NCBI GenBank assembly: GCA_002501805.1 | Contig: DAOI01000029.1 | Location: forward strand, 2,194-35,924 | DNA length: 33,731 bases | Source: Euryarchaeota archaeon UBA463 | Lineage (GTDB): Archaea > Thermoplasmatota > Poseidoniia > Poseidoniales > Thalassarchaeaceae | Reading direction: 5' to 3' | Shown: positions 19,142-28,100 of the stretch, in pieces | How positions within the stretch are numbered: position 1 is the stretch's first letter | Layout: every line of letters starts with the position of its first letter | Translations under genes and position numbers: made by a program | Notes under the pieces: model-generated | The model's database searches: none | What the model was told of the DNA's origin: nothing | The model's input: only the letters and a program-made list of their open reading frames with translations

Positions 19142-20493
19142 ATCATTCCCTGTGAAGTCATAGCTTCTGCCACCTTGAGGAATCCGGCTATATTTGCTCC
19201 AGCAACATAGTTTCCAGGCATTCCGAATCTTTCAGCGGTTTCATATGCATTCTTGTGGATATCGACCATTATGGCATCTAGCCTAGAATCAACCTCTTCG
19301 CGAGTCCATGATAATCTGAGACTATTCTGACTCATTTCAAGTCCAGAAGTGGAGACTCCTCCCGCATTAGATGCCTTTCCTGGGGCGAAAAGAATTCCAT
19401 TCTTGAGGAATACTTCGACAGCTTCTGGAGTACAAGGCATATTCGCCCCTTCTGCAACTGCAATCACCTTGTTTGCGACCAGCATTTCTGCTTCGGAACC
19501 GTTCAGCTCATTTTGAGTGGCACAGGGAAGAGCGACGTCGACATTTACTCCCCATAGCCCATTAGGCGTTGGCTCGGGCTCGGACGGGTTAAACTGGACG
19601 CCATCGAAGTTATCTGCATACTCAGAAATTCTTCCTCTTCGGTTATTCTTTAGATCCATAATCCAATCTAACTTCTCTCGATCAATTCCTGAAGGATCAT
19701 GAATCCATCCACTGGAGTCAGACATAGTAACCGGCTTACCTCCGAGATCGAGAACCTTCTCGCAAGCAAACTGGGCTACATTTCCAGAGCCTGAAATTGA
19801 GACGGTTGCTCCTTCGAAAGATATCCCAGTCGTTGCCAGCATCTCACGTGCAAAGTAAACTAATCCATATCCTGTAGCTTCTGGCCTGATTAGGGAGCCC
19901 CCGTAAGACCTTCCCTTTCCAGTTAGGACGCCCGTGAACTCGTTGGCTAGTTTCTTATACATGCCAAACATGTAACCTATCTCTCGTCCCCCGACACCAA
20001 TATCTCCAGCTGGAACATCTAAATCAGCACCAATATGCCTCCATAATTCCATCATAAAAGACTGACAGAATCTCATTACTTCAGAGTCCGACTTACCCTT
20101 CGGGTTGAAGTCAGAGCCTCCCTTTCCGCCCCCCATAGGCAATCCAGTAAGGCTATTTTTGAAGACCTGCTCAAAAGCTAAGAATTTCAATATGGATTGG
20201 TTTACACTTGGGTGAAACCTAAGGCCACCTTTGTAAGGTCCGATTGAGCTACTCATTTGAATTCTGAATCCCCTGTTTACATTGAGGTTTCCATTATCAT
20301 CATACCAGGGGACTCTAAACTGAATAATTCTTTCAGCCTCTACCATCGCTTCAATTACTGGCACATACTCGGGATACTCCTCTATTACTGGAGAAAGGCT
20401 CTCGAGAACCTCCTTTACTGCCTGATGAAACTCAGGTTGGTTCGGGTCTCTTGCAATTACGCTGTCGTAAACTGATTTAATTCTGCTATCCAT
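19138..20493 (-). CDS. gdhA: Glutamate dehydrogenase, NADP-specific GdhA type
   Basis: [81 protein letters not shown] 20493 has GGTGAG upstream. Confidence 0.96.
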   Translation of the reverse strand: MDSRIKSVYDSVIARDPNQPEFHQAVKEVLESLSPVIEEYPEYVPVIEAMVEAERIIQFRVPWYDDNGNLNVNRGFRIQMSSSIGPYKGGLRFHPSVNQSILKFLAFEQVFKNSLTGLPMGGGKGGSDFNPKGKSDSEVMRFCQSFMMELWRHIGADLDVPAGDIGVGGREIGYMFGMYKKLANEFTGVLTGKGRSYGGSLIRPEATGYGLVYFAREMLATTGISFEGATVSISGSGNVAQFACEKVLDLGGKPVTMSDSSGWIHDPSGIDREKLDWIMDLKNNRRGRISEYADNFDGVQFNPSEPEPTPNGLWGVNVDVALPCATQNELNGSEAEMLVANKVIAVAEGANMPCTPEAVEVFLKNGILFAPGKASNAGGVSTSGLEMSQNSLRLSWTREEVDSRLDAIMVDIHKNAYETAERFGMPGNYVAGANIAGFLKVAEAMTSQGMI

Positions 20494-20600
20494 AGCACTC
20501 ACCGGCAGTTGAAGATTCCTTTTTTTAGGTACCAGCCGCTTATGCGAGTGGCCTCGCCCTTTTGAATCATATCCCAACAGGACATGCATTAAAGTATCAA

Positions 20601-21917
20601 TTAAGAGAATAGGATGTTCTCGGATACCTGTGAAACCTTGTCTTCATGTCCTGGCAGGGTCATGACATAGAATACGGCCTGACTAACCTGTCTATTTCTG
20701 AGTGCCTCGGCTATTGGAGTGTGTTCCCTCAACCATCTAGTTCTCCCATCATCTCCAATAATTCTAATATCCACCTGAGACATTCTTGGCTCTGCTAGTA
20801 AGAGCTTGATATTTGGTACGTCTATGGCAACGTAGCCTGGCTCCAGTCCAGATCTCCTAGCAATCTCGTCCTCAAATTCTCTCCTCTTATCGGAATTAGA
20901 AGCAAGTTCTGCTAGTAAATTGATGTCTTCTTCACTCAGATCTTGCCTTCTTCTGGATAAACATACTTTCAGGAGTTGCCTATACTTGAGTCTCCTAATC
21001 ATATCTCTAGCGAAATCACCAGCCTCATGCATTACTTGCCAGATCTCTGCATCCACTCTCCTCTGGAGATCAAAAGAGTCGGGAGTATTTTCTTCACTTC
21101 TCTCTACTGCCCTCGAAAGCATTACCTCGGTAACTCTGGTGACCCGATGGAAATATACTGCACTGTACATCAAACCTCTGGCTACCAGCATTCCTTCTAG
21201 CGCTGGGAGACCTCCCTCCTCCACTGAGATATCACCACCATGTCTTTCTAGACACATTATCAGCCTTCTATGATCTATCACACCATGCTTTACGCCAGTA
21301 AAGTGTGAGTCTCTAAGAAGGTAGTCAATTTGATCACAATCTACAGGGCCATGAATAAGGTGGGCCATAGTCTTGTCATTTTGAACAAAATTTGTTCTCC
21401 CTTCAGACCAAGAGAGAAGATTTCTCTCTGATCCCCTAGCATCTGGGCCTCTGATTAGGGCAGCGACCTCCTTAGGATCTATGCCATGATTCTCAAGAAT
21501 CTCAGGAACGCTTACTCTGTTCTGAATTGAGGAGTCTTCGCCATCCCTCAATACATCATAATCGCCAACAATTATTCCCTCAGTAATTGACATGTGGTCT
21601 AAACCTCCTCTCTCGTGTAAAATATGCTCCAATGTATGAGAATATGGCCCGTGACCTACATCATGTAATAGCGCCGCCACGCTTACTGTATCGGTCTCAT
21701 AACTATCGAGTCCGAGAGAATCTGCCATCATACTAGAAACATGAGATACGCCGAGGGAGTGCTCAAAGCGGGTATGGTGCGCTCCTGGGAATACTAAATG
21801 TGCCAGTCCTAGTTGTTTGATATGGCTCAGCTTATTCATCTCAGGGGTTTTGAGAAGCTCCTCTCTGACTCCGTCAATCCTAAACTGCCCATGGATTGCG
21901 TCATTGATTGTTTTCAT
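20601..21917 (-). CDS. HD-superfamily phosphohydrolase (COG1078, SAMHD1/dNTPase-like)
   Basis: INDAIHG, IKQLG..LVFPGAHHTRFEHSLGV, ALLHDVGHGPYSH, DCDQIDYLLRD, MYSAVYFH. ATG 21917 preferred. Confidence 0.92.
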   Translation of the reverse strand: MKTINDAIHGQFRIDGVREELLKTPEMNKLSHIKQLGLAHLVFPGAHHTRFEHSLGVSHVSSMMADSLGLDSYETDTVSVAALLHDVGHGPYSHTLEHILHERGGLDHMSITEGIIVGDYDVLRDGEDSSIQNRVSVPEILENHGIDPKEVAALIRGPDARGSERNLLSWSEGRTNFVQNDKTMAHLIHGPVDCDQIDYLLRDSHFTGVKHGVIDHRRLIMCLERHGGDISVEEGGLPALEGMLVARGLMYSAVYFHRVTRVTEVMLSRAVERSEENTPDSFDLQRRVDAEIWQVMHEAGDFARDMIRRLKYRQLLKVCLSRRRQDLSEEDINLLAELASNSDKRREFEDEIARRSGLEPGYVAIDVPNIKLLLAEPRMSQVDIRIIGDDGRTRWLREHTPIAEALRNRQVSQAVFYVMTLPGHEDKVSQVSENILFS

Positions 21918-22059
21918 TGCAAGCCCGGTGTATGCGAGAGTGTGCTCCCCATTAATGGAACTGCTGTGATATGTTACAAAAAATTGCAATACAATTGAAA
22001 TGCATATGAGATACAATTAATACCCCCCTCCCCTTTCGACGGACTAGAAGGTAGCCAAT

Positions 22060-22428
22060 ATGTCCGGTCACAGCCCAATGGTTTCTCTAAGAATACCCGA
22101 AGATCATCTTCTGGAGCTGGATCAATTGGTTGGCTTGGATGGAATGAGAAATCGTTCCGATGTTATTCGATCAGCGGTTAGAAAATACCTCTCTGATGAG
22201 CATCACATTAGCGGTGACAGGGTAGAAGTTAACCTAGGACCAGATCTAAGTTCTAGGATGGAAGATTTCTGCAAGTTGCACGGTGAAAAACCTGACTCGG
22301 TTTTGAGGCAGGCGGCTAGGGAGCATATCAGGAGTGTTACTCTTGAAGATACTAAAGTTGCAGATTTAATTTACTCTAGAATGAGTGAACTTAGGGAAAG
22401 AAGCAATGATGATTCAAACGCTATATGA
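22060..22428 (+). CDS. Ribbon-helix-helix (CopG/CdrS-like) regulator with two RHH-like units
   Basis: MVSLRIPEDHLLELDQLV...NRSDVIRSAVRKYL, then a second unit RVEVNLGPDL...MEDFC....PDSVLRQAAREHI. Confidence 0.85.
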   Translation: MSGHSPMVSLRIPEDHLLELDQLVGLDGMRNRSDVIRSAVRKYLSDEHHISGDRVEVNLGPDLSSRMEDFCKLHGEKPDSVLRQAAREHIRSVTLEDTKVADLIYSRMSELRERSNDDSNAI

Positions 22429-22468
22429 GGCGAGGGAAATGTGTGAGGATGGGATGCACGGAACCACC

Positions 22469-22494
22469 GCGGGGGGGTCTGATGACCCCCTCGC
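22469..22494. other. GC-rich 11-bp hairpin downstream of the RHH gene
   Basis: GCGGGGGGGTC-TGAT-GACCCCCTCGC, with one G-T pair and a 4-nt loop; no U-tract follows, so function is unclear. Confidence 0.55.
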
Positions 22495-22610
22495 ACCCAA
22501 ATATAACGGCCTAAGTGGGCTCAGATATAGGGCCAAGAAAGCTCTAGGAAACTGTTTCTAGTGATTAATCTCTACCCAATCTTCTTGGCCGTTCTTTTCA
22601 CGGTAGAGGC

Positions 22611-24608
22611 ATGAGTGAGGGTTCCGTACGTAGTTCTGGCATATTTTTCGCTCATGAAGTAGCCAGAAAATCTCAGCTTGAGATGATTTCAGATGGCATT
22701 GATACTCTTACTGAGGGAGGATTCCTCCTAGCGGCTGCCCCAACCGGAATCGGAAAAACGGCGGCGGCGTTGGCTTCAGCTCTCCAAGCCTCATTTGATA
22801 ATAATCTGGCTACTGAAAAACCGAAGATAATTTTCATGACAGGGAGGCAGTCTCAACATAGAATCGTAGTCGATACTGTTCGTCAGATTAACTCTAGAAT
22901 ACCAGATGGGATTCCAAAAATAACACTGGTAGATATTATCGGCAGGGAAGGGATGTGCGAATATGTGGATCGTTCTACTGGAAAATGTAGTTGCGAAGGA
23001 GATGTAGTTGAGGAAACTCGTAAGGCTAGACGCTCGGACCTGAGAAAGAAGTTACTTGAACAGCCTCGACATGTTGACTGGAATGTAAAATATGGCAGAT
23101 CTAGAAAGGTTTGCTCTTGGGCCACAGCCAGAATGGCTGCAGGTCACGCAGACATTCTTGTATGCGACTACAATCATGTTTTCGTAGAAGGGGTGAGAGA
23201 GGCATCCCTGCCTGCGATGGGCATTGAATTGGAAAACTCGATTCTAATTGTAGATGAGGCTCACAACCTACCAGACAGGATTAGGAGTGGATTAGAGAGA
23301 AGGGTTACCGATGACGTTTTCAGAAGGGCACTGGACAATATAGAGGAATATAAGGGAAATTTAGAGAAGATTGATTCTGAACTAGACTTGCCCGAATCCG
23401 GACAGCTTCGAGATGTGAAGCAACTGGAAATACAGGTTAAGTCTCTCCAGGCCCCAATGATGAAATGGTTGGAAGAAAAGAAGGAGGAGAATGAGGCGAC
23501 CAAAGGAGATGATATGAGAGTACCTACTCAGGATTTCCTAGACGTATTCTCTAGGGCAACTGAAGGAGTACTAGAGAATGATGAGGGTGACGATATATCT
23601 AGAATTTTGTTGATGGTTAGGCGATTATTCTCAGTGACAATAGACGAGGAAGAAGATTCGAATGACGAGGAGCAGAATGATTGTACCAGAATAGCTGAGA
23701 TGCTAGAAATTTGTATAAGGTTCAGAAGCAGTTCTGCTTTGTCTTTGGTATTTGATGAGCTTCTCGATATCCCTCGTATTACATGCCATCTACTTGACCC
23801 GAGTGTAGTGGGGAAGTCGGTGTTTGAGAGTTGTCGTGGTTCGATTCTGATGTCTGGGACTCTCTTCCCTCCTCTGATGTATTCAGAGATACTAGGCATA
23901 CCTACGAAGAGGACTGTATGCAAGATATATTCATCAGACTTTCCAGTTGAAAATAGGCCAGTGCTAATCGCAAGTGATGTGACTAGTAAGTTCACCGAGC
24001 GTGAAAGAAGTATCCCCCTCATAGGGCAACATGTCAGAGCAGTTATTGAGAATACAAATGGAAATGTAGCTATCTTCGCGCCCAGCTATTCTATGATGGA
24101 AAGAATACATTCGGATTTCGTAAATTTGGGATGGAGTAGTAAAAAAATTCTCAAGGAAGAGCAAAGAATGAGTAAGGGAGGCGTAGAATCTATGATTTCA
24201 AAACTCTATGAACAGAAAGAAATGGGAGGAGCTGTAATCTTTGGAGTTCTAAATGGTAAGCTTTCAGAGGGTGTCGACTATTCAGATAATGTCCTAGATT
24301 CATTAGTTTGTATAGGCCTTCCACTTCCCCCTCCTAGTTCCAAACAGGATTCTTTGATCGATTACTTTACTAAGAAATTTGATAGGAATAGAGCTTGGAA
24401 GTATGCCAGTCTCCAACCTGCCGTCAATAGTGTTCTTCAAGCCCTTGGAAGACCGATAAGAAAGAAGGAAGATAGGGCAATAATTGTATTATTAGAGAAT
24501 CGAATATTGGAGCGCCGAGTGAGTGATTGTATGCCTTCAATGATGAAAATCCAAACCTCGAATCCCTCCAGAACTGCAGAGAGAGTAAAGGCATTCTTTG
24601 AGATCTAG
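22611..24608 (+). CDS. ATP-dependent DNA helicase, XPD/Rad3/DinG family
   Basis: APTGIGKT, four Cys of a putative FeS domain (GREGMC...CSC...VCSW), DYNH, VDEAHNL, MSGTL, FAPSY, SEGVDY, QALGRPIR...DRA. Confidence 0.93.
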   Translation: MSEGSVRSSGIFFAHEVARKSQLEMISDGIDTLTEGGFLLAAAPTGIGKTAAALASALQASFDNNLATEKPKIIFMTGRQSQHRIVVDTVRQINSRIPDGIPKITLVDIIGREGMCEYVDRSTGKCSCEGDVVEETRKARRSDLRKKLLEQPRHVDWNVKYGRSRKVCSWATARMAAGHADILVCDYNHVFVEGVREASLPAMGIELENSILIVDEAHNLPDRIRSGLERRVTDDVFRRALDNIEEYKGNLEKIDSELDLPESGQLRDVKQLEIQVKSLQAPMMKWLEEKKEENEATKGDDMRVPTQDFLDVFSRATEGVLENDEGDDISRILLMVRRLFSVTIDEEEDSNDEEQNDCTRIAEMLEICIRFRSSSALSLVFDELLDIPRITCHLLDPSVVGKSVFESCRGSILMSGTLFPPLMYSEILGIPTKRTVCKIYSSDFPVENRPVLIASDVTSKFTERERSIPLIGQHVRAVIENTNGNVAIFAPSYSMMERIHSDFVNLGWSSKKILKEEQRMSKGGVESMISKLYEQKEMGGAVIFGVLNGKLSEGVDYSDNVLDSLVCIGLPLPPPSSKQDSLIDYFTKKFDRNRAWKYASLQPAVNSVLQALGRPIRKKEDRAIIVLLENRILERRVSDCMPSMMKIQTSNPSRTAERVKAFFEI

Positions 24609-24648
24609 TGAGCAATGGGTTCATGCCAGACCGTCTCTTCCGTAGCCC

Positions 24649-25122
24649 ATGGAGTGGGTCAGAGTTTCGATAGGGGAAGAGGAAAGTAATGTTCCTCCGA
24701 TGCCTGCACTTTCAGGATCATATGATGGCTTGGATTCTGATGCCTCGTCATCGCATCAAAGATTCTTTTCAGATATTCCTCACATGACAGAAGTGATTGA
24801 CAATCATGAAAGATCTACAAGAAAAGTATTGCTTCCTGGAAATGACTCATTGGGCGGTTATGGATCGATTAAATCATTTGAAGAGAGAGTCACTGCAATC
24901 GGTGCTGAGTCCCTGGGTGATGGATTAGAGATATCTCTATCTAAATCTATCAGAGAAGAAGTCCTTCTTCAAAAGACGACTACTGAATCAGGGCAGTTAA
25001 TCAGGTTAGTTGCTCCGGAAAAATTTGGAGGCAGGATAGAGTCATTCAAGCTACCAACTGGAACTACATTGAATGAGGCTTTCTGGGATGGAGATAGGTT
25101 GAAGATGACCTTCGACTACTAA
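24649..25122 (+). CDS. Hypothetical protein with a possible Hsp20-like C-terminus
   Basis: 157-aa ORF; ending FKLP.....A.WDGDRLKMTF resembles the last strands of alpha-crystallin/HSP20-like domains. Confidence 0.6.
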   Translation: MEWVRVSIGEEESNVPPMPALSGSYDGLDSDASSSHQRFFSDIPHMTEVIDNHERSTRKVLLPGNDSLGGYGSIKSFEERVTAIGAESLGDGLEISLSKSIREEVLLQKTTTESGQLIRLVAPEKFGGRIESFKLPTGTTLNEAFWDGDRLKMTFDY

Positions 25123-28100
25123 TCATCGATTATTTTTCCTTTGGATCTTAGTGGAACTTCCTCTAATTGATCGATTTCTTGCAATACCGAGTTAAGAGCC
25201 ATTTGCGCGCTTTCCCTGTGTTGGTTCCCTAGAACGTGACTTGAGTACCTTGCTTCTTCGAATATCCTATCCAGGGATAGTAACGCCTGTTCGCTTATTG
25301 GAAGTGCACTTCTGATTGCCATTTCGAATTCTCTTACGGTTTCGAAGTCTCTTCTGAGGAATCCTCTGCTCATTAGTATCTTACAAAGTCCTTCATAGCA
25401 ATTGAATATTGCTTCCCTAACTTCGTCTCCCGCCGCTAGAAGTTCTGCAGTGTAGCTAAAGACACCGGCCAATTCATCAATGGCGGCCTTCTTTCTGTTT
25501 CTTATGGTGACTACTAGGGCGGAAACTCCTATCATAAATGCGACCAGAAGAATTGATATTATTGCAGGCCTCAGTAGGGAGTCGGAAGCTTCTGCCTGAT
25601 AGTTAATGTTGACTTCACTAAACTGGGCAAGTTGAGTGGCGTTGACCGGGTCAATAATATCCGAGTCAGAGCTAAACTCAATTTTCAACTCGCCCCAGAA
25701 ATCCCTATCCCAGAATGAGTGGTCATCATGGAATGATTCGAACTGATAGTTGAAAATTCCATTCATATCAGTCATCCCAACGACAGTGAAGAGAGTGTCA
25801 GTATCGTTAGTTAGTCTGGCAGTAATTGAGACCCCCTCAACAGGAGGTGCACGATTATCATCAGAAGCAGTTACATTGATTTTTCCAGAAATCTTAGACT
25901 GCCCTCTCTCTATGAAGATTCTATCGGGAATGAATTCGAAGTCGACACTAACTAGAATCTGTAGATCGAATTCAATTGATGCCCCATTCAGGAATCTCTC
26001 AGCATCTGATTCAACATCTATAGTGAAGATAGAATTACCAGGCGGCATGTATGTCTTTGCATTGGAAGTAATCAGGAACTGTCCTGTGGCTTGGTCCCAT
26101 GAAATAATTGCATTAGGCTCAAGAGAGCCCTCCCACAGGAGTGACATCTCCATCTCTTCCATTGTATTTCCATCTCCCCCAATTTCTAGTACTCTGCCTC
26201 TGACCCTGATTGGCCTAGTTTCGTCACTTCTAACTACCTCATCAGAGATGAGGAGTATTTCCACATTGATATCTGCTCTTGAGAAAACGGTAGTATTTGT
26301 TGAGTCGGATAGATATAGTTCCTCTCCGTAGAAATTGACTGAAACTAGATGCTCTCCACGAGATATCGAGTATCCTAGTTCGTGCGTGAATGAGAAAGTC
26401 CCATCTGCTCCCGTAGTCAACACTAGTATCTCAATGCCATCCAATAGGAATGAGACTTCCCTATCCTCCAATCCAGGGGTGCCGGGCGTATCAGAATCAT
26501 ATAACCTTCCAGAGAAGTTCCACGAACCGCCCCTAGTTGCTACGCTGTTCTCGACATTAAGGGTAATCGTAGTATGATATGCAATTGTTAGATTTGTTTC
26601 TACTGAGGTCTGTCGATAGTATCCTTGGTCAGGAGACATTACAGTTACAGGGTGGACTCCAACATCGAGGAATTCGGAGACCACCCAAGAAAGATGCCAA
26701 CTACCATCTTCTTCGGTCACTGTGGTCCCTATCAAAATGCCATCAACAAATATCTGTAGTGAGTGATTTGAAAGCCAACCATCGGGAAGATTATCCCTCA
26801 CATTCCCTCTTAGATTCAGTACGTCTCCAACTGCTACTGGCATTGGATCCTCCACTGTCAGAGTTGTTGGAGAGAACACCGTGAAGATTGTTGTTGAGTT
26901 TGATCCGAGAATGAATTCCTCCCCCTGGAAAAATAACGTGACTTCCCTTGGCCCGAGAGGCATATCAGAAGGAACGGGGAAGAATAGACTGAATGATCCG
27001 TTTCCATCTACGTTGAGTGATGTCAGCATTTGGCCATTCATGTAAGCTTCAAGTGCCCTATTTGGAAGAGACCTTCCTGCACCATCGGTTAAAATTCCTT
27101 CAATCAGCAAGAGTTCATTTCTATCTATTTCTCCCTGAGGAGTAGTTAGGACTACCTGTGAAGTCTGCGTTATATTGAATGGAGAGGTAATAATTGAAGA
27201 TAGGTAATACTCTGGATTCAGCGAGTCTCCTTGCCCCATCGGATCGACCCATGTAAAACCACCTAGGAACTCAATGCTGAATGTATGCTGACCATAATCC
27301 ATGTCAAGTGGAAGATCGTATGTTATTTGCCATGTCCCAGATGTAGAGTTTGAAACGTCAATATACAGTGGACCTACATCAATTCCATCGATGTAAAGAT
27401 GGACAACTCCTCCCTTTGGAGAGCCGTCCTCTACTAAGGGCAATCCGCGCTCGTCCAAGAGAGTGCCACTGAATATCACTCGCTCCCCGGCTACGGCAGA
27501 GCCAGAGATATTCGACACCTCTATGACAGTTGGAGCCAGGATGATTATCCTAGTCCATGTTTGGTCTCCGGATAAGCCAGTAGTTCCATTGATTCCATCA
27601 AAAACTGCCGTCACAGTCATTGGACCTGGATCTCTATTTGGGTCGGTTGACAGGTTTGTATTAATTAGGCCATTTGAATCCGTAAATCCTGACCATGTCT
27701 CGAGCCCATCCACTAGGATTTTGACTTCCACATTGCCAACATTTTCTCCAGCATTGTCCATTATAGAAATATTGAGATTTGATGGGTCGCCTCTGATAGT
27801 TCTTGCATCGGGGTCCAAATCGGTTGGATCGATGATAGAAATCATTGAGAAGCCCCTACTATCGAAGGTTCCATTGCTCGAGCTTGAGCTGTAGTAGTTT
27901 ACAGTGGGCGTGTAAGTTGCCGAGATATCGTGAGTCCCTCTCGGGAATGTCATATCCAAGAAAATTCTGGCTGACCAACTACCATTAGGATTCACAGCTC
28001 CGCCGGAAACTGAGAATCCAGTCGAAACGTTATCGATCAAGAAGGTCAGACTTGGCGAGAGTGGATTTCCTGACCTATCAAAAATACCGCTACCATTACT

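Noticed and set aside
20494-20589. N-terminal extension of GdhA (and likewise 21918-22016 for the HD protein)
   Set aside because: Conserved motifs start at downstream ATGs; the extensions cover probable promoter regions.
22478-22555. CTGATGA and GAAAC as a hammerhead core or C/D-box RNA
   Set aside because: CTGATGA is locked in its own hairpin, the three-stem hammerhead geometry cannot be drawn, and no suitably placed D box follows.
22406-22561. About 50-aa plus-strand ORF (MMIQTLYEAREMC...) overlapping the RHH stop
   Set aside because: No recognisable motif and it runs through GC hairpins; cannot be supported without conservation data.
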